A DNA stretch of 57,957 nt from Campylobacteraceae bacterium (GTDB lineage: Bacteria; Campylobacterota; Campylobacteria; Campylobacterales; JALSKU01), in contig JALWUQ010000048.1 of assembly GCA_026993075.1 (NCBI GenBank), forward strand, positions 1 to 57,957, in the 5' to 3' direction. Numbering within the stretch: the stretch's first letter is position 1; each line of letters begins with the position of its first letter. The position numbers and the translations under genes are program-made. A model generated the notes under the pieces. That model was not told the DNA's origin and searched no databases. It worked only from the letters and a program-made list of their open reading frames with translations. Below, in pieces: positions 1 to 8,413 of the stretch.

Positions 1-108
1 TACTATTCACTTTCAGTGAATAAACCGTAAACTTACCTCACTTCATTCATTACAGTTTACTTCAAAGTACCCAGACTTTTTTCGTGTTCACCACTAAAAC
101 CTTGTTTT
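1..108. repeat. Direct repeat copy 1 (at least 108 bp, cut by window edge) of a structured non-coding element
   Basis: Bases 1-108 are identical by eye (108/108) to 182-289. It contains hairpins ATTCAC-N5-GTGAAT (5-21), GTAAACT-N20-AGTTTAC (27-60) and AAAGT-N6-ACTTT followed by a T-run (64-82). There is no meaningful ORF on either strand. Confidence 0.9.
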
Positions 109-181
109 TTAAGTTTAGTTTACAAATCAATTTTGTTTGTTTGCGGAGGAATTATTTTTATTGTGTTTAACTTCGTTAAAC

Positions 182-289
182 TACTATTCACTTTCAGTGA
201 ATAAACCGTAAACTTACCTCACTTCATTCATTACAGTTTACTTCAAAGTACCCAGACTTTTTTCGTGTTCACCACTAAAACCTTGTTTT
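182..289. repeat. Direct repeat copy 2 of the same 108-bp element
   Basis: Perfect match to 1-108. Identity ends at 290 (a here versus t at 109). The 73-bp spacer 109-181 and the sequence after 289 are unrelated to each other. Copy 2 is immediately preceded by the hairpin GTTTAAC-TTC-GTTAAAC (165-181). Confidence 0.9.
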
Positions 290-322
290 AGGGCTCACAC
301 ATGAAAAAAGTCAGTAAAGCCT

Positions 323-348
323 AAAAATGACAAGCAGTTGTCATTTTT
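323..348 (-). terminator. Intrinsic terminator of guaA
   Basis: On the minus strand, right after the guaA stop: AAAAATGACAA-ctgc-TTGTCATTTTT, a stem with a T-run. An outer pairing GTAAAGCC (314-321) / GGCTTTAC (352-359) encloses the guaA stop codon. Confidence 0.7.
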
Positions 349-355
349 TACGGCT

Positions 356-1891
356 TTACTCCCACTCTATCGTTGCTGGGGGTTTGGAGCTTATATCGTA
401 AACTACTCGATTTATACCTTCTACTTCATTTATGATTCTAGAGCTTATTCTTTCTAATAATTCATGAGGGAGATGAGCGAAAGTAGCTGTCATACCATCT
501 ACACTTTCTACTATTCTTACACATACTGTATTTTCGTATGTTCTATTATCGCCCATAACACCTACACTGCTTATATTTAAAAGTACGGTAAAAGCTTGCC
601 AAGTTTTATTGTAATATCCGCTTGCTTTTAACTCCTCAAGCATGATAACATCAGCCGATCTTAAAAGCTCTAAGCTCTCTTGTTTGACTTCTCCCATTAT
701 CCTTATAGCAAGTCCCGGTCCGGGAAATGGATGTCTTGAAACCATATCTTTGGGGATACCAAGCTCAATTCCCAATCTTCTAACTTCATCTTTAAAAAGT
801 TCTCTTAAGGGCTCAATAAGTTCAAATTTCATCCATTCTGGCAAACCACCTACATTGTGATGCGATTTGATAGTTTTACTTGGCCCTTTAACTGATACTG
901 ACTCTATGACATCTGGATAGAGCGTACCTTGTGCTAAATACTTTATACCATCATACTTTTTTGCTTCTTGTTCAAAAAGTTCTATAAATGTATATCCAAT
1001 AATTTTTCTTTTTTCTTCAGGATCTTTGATACCTTTTAATTTATCCATATATATTTTTGTTGCATCTATTGTGACAAGAGGAATTTTCAGCTTTACTTTA
1101 AACATATTTTCCACAGATTTCCGTTCATTTGCTCTTAATAATCCTGTGTCTATAAATACAGCTATCAGTTTATCGCCAATCGCTTCATTGAGTAAAGCTG
1201 CCACAACAGAACTGTCTACTCCTCCACTAACAGCACAAAGCACTTTATCTTCACCTACAATATCTTTAATTTTTTGAATTTGTTCTTTGGCAAAACTACC
1301 CATATTCCAGGTACTTTCACAATTACAAATATATTTTGCAAAATTTTTGAGCATTTTACTTCCATACTCACTGTGATAAACTTCAGGATGAAACTGAAAA
1401 GCATAAATATTCTCTTTTTCATTGGCTATTGCAGCATAAGGAGAGTTTTCACTATAAGCAATCTTTTTAAAACCTTTTGGCAACTCTTCAACTCTGTCTC
1501 CATGACTCATCCAAACTATCTGTTCTTTTTTAGTATCATTAAAGATAGAATTATTCTCACATTTTAAAACTGCTTTGCCATACTCATGAGTATTTGTCGG
1601 CATTACTTTACCTCCAAAATATTGAACAATTAATTGCATCCCATAACAAATACCAAGAATTGGTAAATCTATTTCAAAAATATTATTATCAGGATGATAA
1701 GAATCTTTGGCATATACAGAAGCGGGACCTCCGGAGAGTATCAATCCTCTCGGTTCTCGTTTTTTTATATCTTCTATTTTTTCGTTATAAGGAACAATTT
1801 CACAATAAACCCCATTTTCTCTTAATTTTCTAGCTATAAGCTGAGTATATTGTGATCCAAAATCTAAAACAACAATAGGTACTTTTTTCAT
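356..1891 (-). CDS. guaA: GMP synthase (glutamine-hydrolysing)
   Basis: 511-aa ORF. It has an N-terminal class I amidotransferase ([12 protein letters not shown]), an ATP-PPase P-loop (SGGVDSSV) and the typical C-terminus ending TIEWE. Confidence 0.95.
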   Translation of the reverse strand: MKKVPIVVLDFGSQYTQLIARKLRENGVYCEIVPYNEKIEDIKKREPRGLILSGGPASVYAKDSYHPDNNIFEIDLPILGICYGMQLIVQYFGGKVMPTNTHEYGKAVLKCENNSIFNDTKKEQIVWMSHGDRVEELPKGFKKIAYSENSPYAAIANEKENIYAFQFHPEVYHSEYGSKMLKNFAKYICNCESTWNMGSFAKEQIQKIKDIVGEDKVLCAVSGGVDSSVVAALLNEAIGDKLIAVFIDTGLLRANERKSVENMFKVKLKIPLVTIDATKIYMDKLKGIKDPEEKRKIIGYTFIELFEQEAKKYDGIKYLAQGTLYPDVIESVSVKGPSKTIKSHHNVGGLPEWMKFELIEPLRELFKDEVRRLGIELGIPKDMVSRHPFPGPGLAIRIMGEVKQESLELLRSADVIMLEELKASGYYNKTWQAFTVLLNISSVGVMGDNRTYENTVCVRIVESVDGMTATFAHLPHELLERISSRIINEVEGINRVVYDISSKPPATIEWE

Positions 1892-1918
1892 ACAATCTCC
1901 GTTAAATTTATTTTTATA

Positions 1919-3289
1919 TTAATATATCCCAAGTATCTCAAACTGTACATACCATATAGCAACAGACACGGCATATCCAGCAAGTATTGTCCAAGCATAT
2001 TTTATATGGGTATTAAAAGTATAAATACCTCTCATTTTTCCCATAACCCCTACTCCTGCCGCACTTCCAAAACTAATAAGACTTCCTCCTATACCAGCTG
2101 TCATAGTAACTAACATCCACTGTGCATCTTCCATGTGTGGATTTGCCTTTAAAATTGCACTCATAACCGGCACATTATCTATAATAGCAGAAATAAATCC
2201 AACACCGATATTACCAGTAGTGTTACCTATGATATCATATAATTTTACTATATATTCAAGATATCCAACTATATGAAGTGCTCCGACTGCTGCTAAAATA
2301 CCAAAAAAGAAAAATAAAGTATCATGCTCTACTTTTTCCATATTTATATATACATTAAAAGGATTTTCACTTTTTTTCTTAAGCCTGTATGAATATGTTT
2401 TTAAAAGCGAAAGACCAAACATCATGCCCCACATCGCTGGAAAATCAAAAAACTGATGACTAAGTACAGCAATGGCAATCGTAAAAACACCGAGCCATAT
2501 TACAGTTTTGGCACCTGGTTTTAACTCATATTTTTGCGTAGTCTTTATATCAAAATGTGGCTTTCCTTTTGGTACCACACGACTTAGTAAAAATGCAGTT
2601 AAAACCCAGCCTATTACTGCTGCTGGAAAAAGCGCCAAGAAGTCTATAACCGTTCCTTTTCCGGCTGCCCATGACATCAATGTCGTAATATCTCCAAAAG
2701 GACTCCAGGCTCCACCCGCATTTGCAGCAACAACGATATTGATAGCACCTGGAATTAAAAATTCTCTATGTGTTTTATCTATAGTAACTAAAACTGTTGA
2801 AAGTATCAATGCAGTTGTTAAATTATCAGCAAAAGGAGATATAAAAAATGCCAAAAGCCCTGTTATCCAATAGATTTTCTTGTATGTGTAGCCTCTTGAG
2901 ATTAATTTATATTTTAAAACTTCAAAAACATTTCTTTCTATCATGGTTTCTATATATGTCATAGCAACAAACAGGAAAAAGAAGATTTCTGAAATTTCCA
3001 ATATAAGACTTCCTAATTCTTCATGAAGACGCAATAAATCCATATGGTTTATTGCATAATACACACCAATAATCATAAACATAAAAGTACCTATAAAAAG
3101 AGCCGGTTTTGCTTTATTTATATGGTATGATTCTTCGGCAGCTATGATATAGTACCCCACAACAAATATAATCAAGCAAAGTATTCCCACCCAACTATTG
3201 GTTAGGTCAACAGCTCCTGTACCAGCACTCTCAGCAGTATTGGCAAATATGGTGCTAAAGATACCAAACAATAATAATAAAATTTTCAT
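1919..3289 (-). CDS. Polytopic membrane transporter, NhaD/ArsB-superfamily Na+/H+ antiporter-like
   Basis: 456-aa ORF with a signal-like N-terminus and more than 10 hydrophobic segments. Length and pattern fit NhaD-type antiporters. The assignment is from recollection only. Confidence 0.55.
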   Translation of the reverse strand: MKILLLLFGIFSTIFANTAESAGTGAVDLTNSWVGILCLIIFVVGYYIIAAEESYHINKAKPALFIGTFMFMIIGVYYAINHMDLLRLHEELGSLILEISEIFFFLFVAMTYIETMIERNVFEVLKYKLISRGYTYKKIYWITGLLAFFISPFADNLTTALILSTVLVTIDKTHREFLIPGAINIVVAANAGGAWSPFGDITTLMSWAAGKGTVIDFLALFPAAVIGWVLTAFLLSRVVPKGKPHFDIKTTQKYELKPGAKTVIWLGVFTIAIAVLSHQFFDFPAMWGMMFGLSLLKTYSYRLKKKSENPFNVYINMEKVEHDTLFFFFGILAAVGALHIVGYLEYIVKLYDIIGNTTGNIGVGFISAIIDNVPVMSAILKANPHMEDAQWMLVTMTAGIGGSLISFGSAAGVGVMGKMRGIYTFNTHIKYAWTILAGYAVSVAIWYVQFEILGIY

Positions 3290-3299
3290 AAATCTCCTT

Positions 3300-4745
3300 T
3301 TAATTTTTTATATAATGTGCACCTAAAGATTTTTCTCTTTTTATGGCACTTTCAATAATAGCTTTTGATGTCAAAAGTCTAAGCTTTAAAAGCTTTCCTA
3401 TATCACTTGAAATCATTGAATCAACTTTATCTAATGCAAGTTTTAAATTTTTTTTAGTTCTTACTATTCCCACATTATTCCACATTAAGGTTCTTAATTT
3501 GTTTTTTAATATTTTATCGTTTGGTTTAAATAAAATCTCAGATTTTTCATCAAATTCGATGTGGGTAAAGTCATAATCTTCTTGTAATATTTTTCTAACC
3601 GCCCGCATAGAAAAAACTAACCCCTCAAGCAAAGAGTTACTAGCTAATCTGTTGGCACCATGAACTCTTGTATTTGCAACTTCTCCGATAACATATAAGT
3701 TTTTATATTTATCTACTTTTGCATCCAAATCACATTTTATACCACCCATAGCATAATGAAATGCCGGTGAGATAGGAACTCTGTCTTCTGGAAGATTAAA
3801 GCCTAAACCTTTTAAATTATAATAAATAGTTGGAAATCTATTTTTAAAAAATTCCCTTCGAAAATTCTCAAAAGAAAGATAGATAGTGTCTTTTTTATGC
3901 TTTTGTTTATAATCAAATATAGATCTACTTACTATATCTCTTGGACTGAGCTCTCCTCTTTTATCATAATCAAATAAAAATCTTTCTCCTTTGTCGTTTA
4001 TTACAAAAGCTCCCTCACCTCTTAAAGATTCACTTAAAAGCTGTTTTCTTGCTTTATCGGTATTTACAAAAACCGTAGGATGAAACTGTGTCATTTCCAT
4101 ATCTCTAAGTTCACACCCACACTCTATTGCCAAGCCCTGTATGTCAGCACTTACAGTTTTAGCATTTGTATGATATTCATAAAGAGATCCTATGCCACCA
4201 CTGGCAATTATAGTATTTTTAGCATATATATTTTCAAACTTTCCCTGATGAAAAATTCTAACACCATATACCAAATCATTTTTTTGTAAAATATCTATAA
4301 CCGTAGTTTTATACATTAGAGGATGAGGATTTTTTTGCATTAAGAAAAGATGCACCTGTCTTCCAGTTGCATCACCGCCTGCATGAACTATTCTATTTCT
4401 ACTGTGAGCTGCCTCTTTTGTATATAAAAGATTGCCTCTGTCATCTTTATCAAATTCAAATCCTTTTTGTATCAAAGAATTAACTGCACTTCTGCCCTCA
4501 CCGCAAAGAACTTTGACAGCCTCTTCATCACAAAGCCCAGCTCCAGCATTTATGGTATCTTGAATGTGTAAACTTACATCATTTTCATCAACTGCCACAC
4601 TAATACCGCCTTGTGCATAAAAAGTGTTACAATCCCAAGAATTTTCTTTGCATAAAATCAATACCTTCTTCTCTTCTGGTAAATTTAAAGCGGCATTTAA
4701 TCCTGCTATGCCAGCCCCTACTATAACAACATCATATATTTGCAA
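3300..4745 (-). CDS. nadB: L-aspartate oxidase
   Basis: FAD motif VIVGAGIAG, FYAQGGI and a fumarate-reductase-type flavoprotein pattern. The ORF opens at TTG 4775. TTG 4745, preceded by AAGAGG 9 nt upstream, gives the canonical N-terminus MQIYDVVIVGAG. Confidence 0.9.
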   Translation of the reverse strand: MQIYDVVIVGAGIAGLNAALNLPEEKKVLILCKENSWDCNTFYAQGGISVAVDENDVSLHIQDTINAGAGLCDEEAVKVLCGEGRSAVNSLIQKGFEFDKDDRGNLLYTKEAAHSRNRIVHAGGDATGRQVHLFLMQKNPHPLMYKTTVIDILQKNDLVYGVRIFHQGKFENIYAKNTIIASGGIGSLYEYHTNAKTVSADIQGLAIECGCELRDMEMTQFHPTVFVNTDKARKQLLSESLRGEGAFVINDKGERFLFDYDKRGELSPRDIVSRSIFDYKQKHKKDTIYLSFENFRREFFKNRFPTIYYNLKGLGFNLPEDRVPISPAFHYAMGGIKCDLDAKVDKYKNLYVIGEVANTRVHGANRLASNSLLEGLVFSMRAVRKILQEDYDFTHIEFDEKSEILFKPNDKILKNKLRTLMWNNVGIVRTKKNLKLALDKVDSMISSDIGKLLKLRLLTSKAIIESAIKREKSLGAHYIKN

Positions 4746-4908
4746 TCTTTTTAGCCTCTTTGGTTTTATATTCAATCTTTGAAAGAAATTGCTTATTTAT
4801 ATCACTATTTTGATAAGTTGGATTACCCTTGTAGCCGCACCCACTAAAAAATAAAAATAAATTTGCTATAATTAGCAGATGAAAAAATCTTCTTCTATAA
4901 TAACTCAT
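4732..4908 (-). CDS. Small predicted lipoprotein (58 aa), below the ORF-track cutoff
   Basis: Hand translation: MSYYRRRFFHLLIIANLFLFFSGCGYKGNPTYQNSDINKQFLSKIEYKTKEAKKIANI. It has a basic n-region, a hydrophobic core and the lipobox F-S-G-C. Its stop overlaps the proposed nadB start by 14 nt. Confidence 0.5.
   Translation of the reverse strand: MSYYRRRFFHLLIIANLFLFFSGCGYKGNPTYQNSDINKQFLSKIEYKTKEAKKIANI
4864..4872 (+). promoter_or_regulatory. Extended -10 promoter element TGcTATAAT
   Basis: TGCTATAAT at 4864-4872. The A of the ATG at 4879 lies 7 nt after the last T, and no Shine-Dalgarno sequence lies between them. This suggests a leaderless transcript. Confidence 0.35.
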
Positions 4909-5328
4909 ATAAAAAACCGTTCCTTTTGTTCTAAAATAAAAAATATCGAGTGCTTTAACAAGATAAAGTCACTTTTACCAGGTAGGCTCTCAAATGCTAT
5001 ACTTTTTATGTATATAAAAAATAAAACACTATTTATCGCACTAAACCACCCTGGCTTGAAGATGGAATTTAATTATAATGTTAATTTAATAAAGAGACTA
5101 TTAAAAGAGTTAAAAAAAGTTGATTTATCCTGCAAAAATATAGAAGTTGATGATATTAGAACATTTGCAAGTAATAAGATAGATAAAATTCAAGAAACCT
5201 CATCAACTGAGATTGTTTACAAAGAGCGTTCAAAAGGGGAATTTTTAATCCATACAGATGATAAGAATTTAATAAAGATATTTGAAAATATAAAGAAAAT
5301 AATAAATAAAATTGATGACTTAGAGTAG
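4879..5328 (+). CDS. Hypothetical protein, possibly DUF721/DciA-like
   Basis: 149-aa ORF. The segment FMYIKNKTLFIALNHPGLKMEFNYNVNLI resembles the DUF721 core pattern. This is a weak recollection only. Confidence 0.4.
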   Translation: MKKSSSIITHIKNRSFCSKIKNIECFNKIKSLLPGRLSNAILFMYIKNKTLFIALNHPGLKMEFNYNVNLIKRLLKELKKVDLSCKNIEVDDIRTFASNKIDKIQETSSTEIVYKERSKGEFLIHTDDKNLIKIFENIKKIINKIDDLE

Positions 5329-5397
5329 AAATAATATTTAATTTTTAGTTTATACCGATACAATTGCATTTATATTAAACTTCAAAGGTATAAATAA

Positions 5398-5610
5398 TTG
5401 AATATTATCAAAAACATATTATATTTTTATATTGATGGCTTCAAAGGTATGAAAGTCGGAAAAAAATTATGGATAATTCTTGCTATTAAAATATTTATAT
5501 TTTTTGTAATTTTAAAAATATTCTTCTTTCCAAATATATTGCAAACAAATTTTTCCAATAATAAACAAAGAGCCAATTTTGTCATGGAAAACTTAATAAA
5601 AAATAAATAA
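5398..5610 (+). CDS. DUF4492-like small membrane protein preceding cydAB
   Basis: 70 aa. YFYIDGFKGMKVGKKLWIILAIKIFIFFVILKIFFFP matches my recollection of the DUF4492 family, which is commonly found upstream of cytochrome bd genes. The start codon is TTG. Confidence 0.5.
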   Translation: MNIIKNILYFYIDGFKGMKVGKKLWIILAIKIFIFFVILKIFFFPNILQTNFSNNKQRANFVMENLIKNK

Positions 5611-5623
5611 AAAAGGAGTGTGT

Positions 5624-7144
5624 GTGGAACACATAGTTGACTTATCAAGAGCACAATTTGCTCTTACGGCATTGTATCACTGGTTATTTGTACCTTTGAC
5701 TCTCGGTCTTTCTTTCATTATTGCCATAATGGAGACAATTTATGTAAAGACAGGCAACAAGGAATGGAAAAAACTCACAAGATTTTGGATGACACTTTTT
5801 GGTATAAACTTTGCCATAGGTTTAGCAACAGGTATCATTATGGAATTTGAATTTGGAACAAATTGGTCAAATTATTCTTGGATAGTTGGTGATATATTTG
5901 GTGCACCTTTAGCCATAGAAGGACTTATGGCATTCTTCTTAGAATCAACATTTTTTGCGATAATGTTTTTTGGATGGGATAAAGTATCGAAAAAAACTCA
6001 TCTATTATCTACTTGGTTGGTAGCAATAGGCTCGAACTTATCTGCCTTGTGGATACTTGTAGCAAACGGATGGATGCAACATCCAGTAGGTATGAAATTC
6101 AATGTAGATAGAGCAAGATTTGAAATGGAAAATTTTTTTAATGTCCTTTTCAACCCCATAGCTGTATCAAAATTTTTACATACCATATCAAGTGGATATG
6201 TTATGGGCTCATTATTTGTTGTTGGGATAAGCAGTTGGTATCTTTTAAAAAAGAAAGATATTTTATTTGCAAAAAGAAGCATTATTGTAGCATCTTCTTT
6301 TGGACTTTTGGTATCTATATTTCTTATATTTACAGGAGATCAGTCAGCTCACTTGGTTGCTTTAAGACAACCTACAAAATTAGCTGCTATGGAAGGGTTG
6401 TATAATGGGGATAGAAGAGAAGGGATTGTTGCAATAGGACAGTTAAATCCTGAGAAAAAAATAGGTGATAATAAAAATACTTTTCTTTGGGATATAAAAA
6501 TTCCTTATGCTCTTTCATTTCTTGGATTTAGAAATATAAATGCTTTTGTTCCTGGTATAGATAATTTGGTATACGGCGATAAAAAAATGGGAATCGAATC
6601 GGCACAAAATAAAATCAAAAAAGGTAAAATTGCCATTAAATCTTTACTGCAATACAAAAATGCCAAACAGGCAAATGATGAATTACAGGCAAAATCAGCA
6701 CTTAAAACATTTAGAAAATATCAAAATTATATGGGATATGGATACTTGAAAAGTCCAAAAGATATCATACCCCCTGTTGCAATAACATTTTATAGTTTTC
6801 ATATCATGGTAGGTTTAGGAACATGGTTTTTGATACTCTTCTTATTTGTTTTATATTTTTCTATGGTTGGCAAAATACAGACAAAAAGACTATTATTAAA
6901 ATTGGCACTTTTTTCTATACCGCTTGGATACTTAGCCGGTGAAGTCGGCTGGATAGTAGCTGAGGTGGGAAGACAACCCTGGGCAATACAAGGAATGCTG
7001 CCAACATCTCTTGCAACTTCTCATTTATCAGATAATTCAGTTATCATAACCTTGGCACTTTTTACCATACTCTTTACAGCTCTTTTGATTGCTGAAATAA
7101 AAATTATGCTAACACAAATAAAGCTTGGCGTAGAAGGAGAATAA
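5624..7144 (+). CDS. cydA: Cytochrome bd-type quinol oxidase subunit I
   Basis: The N-terminus (M)[28 protein letters not shown] parallels E. coli CydA [29 protein letters not shown]. GTG 5624 lies 5 nt after AAGGAG. The ORF opens at 5618. Confidence 0.92.
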   Translation: [506 protein letters not shown]

Positions 7145-7146
7145 TA

Positions 7147-8271
7147 ATGTTTGGAAATTTATCTTATTTAACACTTCAAGAATATTGGTGGTTTTTAGTT
7201 GCCCTGCTTGGCTCTTTGTTTACATTTATGACTTTTGTTCAAGGTGGACAAACACTACTAAATAAATTCGCAAAAAATAATGATGAAAAAGATATCATTA
7301 TAGCTTCCTTAGGTAGAAAATGGGAATTGACTTTTACAACATTGGTAATGTTCGGCGGTGCATTATTTGCTGCTTTTCCATTATTTTATGCTGTTAGTTT
7401 CGGAGGAGCTTACTTTGTTTGGATGGCGATACTTTTTTGTTTTATCATTCAAGCAGTATCATACGAATACAGAAAAAAACCAAATAATTTTTTAGGACAA
7501 AAAGTTTATGAAGTTTTTTTATATATAAATGGAAGCTTGGGAATCATCCTGATAGGAATTGCACTTGGAACACTCTTTACGGGCGGAAATTTTATCGTTA
7601 CAAATATGAATTTATCAGCATGGACTCTTCCGACAAGGGGTTTGGAAGCTATTTTAAATCCCATAAATGTAATCTTGGGCTTTACTATATTTTTTCTTGC
7701 TAGAGTTCAAGCGGAAATGTATTTTTTAAATAATATAGATAATGAAAAAATATCTTTTCGTGCAAAAACACAACTCAGGCAAGATGCTATATTATTTATA
7801 GGATTTTTTGTTTTATTTGTTATTTCATTACTGACAGCAACTGGTGCAGCATATAATGCAAACGGTTTTTTTACCGTAAAGTATAAATTTTTATTAAACT
7901 TTTTAAATTCACCTGTATTACTTGTATCTTTTTTAATCGGTACAATTATGGTTTTATATGCAATTTTTATAAGTTTATTTAAAAATAGCAAAAAAGGTAT
8001 ATGGTTTAGCGGTATAGGAACAGTTTTAGTTGTATTATCTTTATTGTGCTTGCTTGGATTTAATAATACTGCAATATATCCATCTATAAGTAACCTGCAA
8101 AGTTCACTTAATATACAAAACAGTTCATCAAGTAAATATACATTAGTTACTATGAGTTATGTATCTTTACTGGTACCTTTTGTATTGGCATATATCATTT
8201 TTGTATGGAGAATTATGGATAGAAAAAAAATAACTTTAGATGAAATCAAATCTGACTCACACGGATATTAG
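7147..8271 (+). CDS. cydB: Cytochrome bd-type quinol oxidase subunit II
   Basis: 374-aa polytopic ORF that starts 2 nt after the cydA stop. Confidence 0.9.
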   Translation: MFGNLSYLTLQEYWWFLVALLGSLFTFMTFVQGGQTLLNKFAKNNDEKDIIIASLGRKWELTFTTLVMFGGALFAAFPLFYAVSFGGAYFVWMAILFCFIIQAVSYEYRKKPNNFLGQKVYEVFLYINGSLGIILIGIALGTLFTGGNFIVTNMNLSAWTLPTRGLEAILNPINVILGFTIFFLARVQAEMYFLNNIDNEKISFRAKTQLRQDAILFIGFFVLFVISLLTATGAAYNANGFFTVKYKFLLNFLNSPVLLVSFLIGTIMVLYAIFISLFKNSKKGIWFSGIGTVLVVLSLLCLLGFNNTAIYPSISNLQSSLNIQNSSSSKYTLVTMSYVSLLVPFVLAYIIFVWRIMDRKKITLDEIKSDSHGY

Positions 8272-8279
8272 GAGAAAAA

Positions 8280-8402
8280 ATGGAAAATATAGATTATGTT
8301 AGTGGAATTATCTGGCTATGTTCTTGGCCTGTTTTAATATGGATTGCTTATAAGTTTGTCAGTATAAATATAGAGCATTTTGAAAAATATTTATCAAAAT
8401 AA
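8280..8402 (+). CDS. 40-aa single-pass membrane peptide after cydB (candidate bd-oxidase accessory subunit)
   Basis: Hand translation: MENIDYVSGIIWLCSWPVLIWIAYKFVSINIEHFEKYLSK. AGGAG overlaps the cydB stop, 5 nt before the ATG. The ORF is not in the ORF track (under 60 aa). Confidence 0.5.
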   Translation: MENIDYVSGIIWLCSWPVLIWIAYKFVSINIEHFEKYLSK

Positions 8403-8413
8403 AAAAACTTTTT

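Noticed and set aside
5-21. ATTCAC-N5-GTGAAT resembles the archaeal Thermococcales glycolytic motif (TATCAC-N5-GTGATA) bound by TrmB-family regulators.
   Set aside because: There is no TrmB-like gene in the window. The palindrome near the carbohydrate operon (48614-48630) has N3 rather than N5 spacing. Short AT-rich palindromes are expected by chance, so I kept this only as a remark.
163-204. A 13-codon ORF (GTG; MFNFVKLLFTFSE) running from the spacer into repeat copy 2, with a GGAGG upstream.
   Set aside because: GGAGG is 13 nt from the GTG, which is too far. The ORF is tiny and there is no equivalent start for copy 1 inside the window. It is most likely fortuitous.
1-289. A possible CRISPR-like array, suggested by the repeat-spacer-repeat layout.
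   Set aside because: The repeat unit is at least 108 bp, far longer than CRISPR repeats. Only two copies are visible and no cas genes are in the window.
4746-4775. The N-terminal extension of nadB (MNIKPKRLKR) given by the ORF track.
   Set aside because: TTG 4775 has no ribosome-binding site, whereas the internal TTG 4745 has AAGAGG and gives the canonical FAD-fold N-terminus. The extension is also covered by a better-supported small lipoprotein ORF in another frame.
5398-5411. TTGAATATTATCAA looks like an FNR/CRP-type box (TTGAT-N4-ATCAA) ahead of the cyd genes.
   Set aside because: It coincides with the start codon and first codons of the DUF4492-like ORF rather than a promoter position. 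It has a half-site mismatch and is unremarkable in AT-rich DNA.
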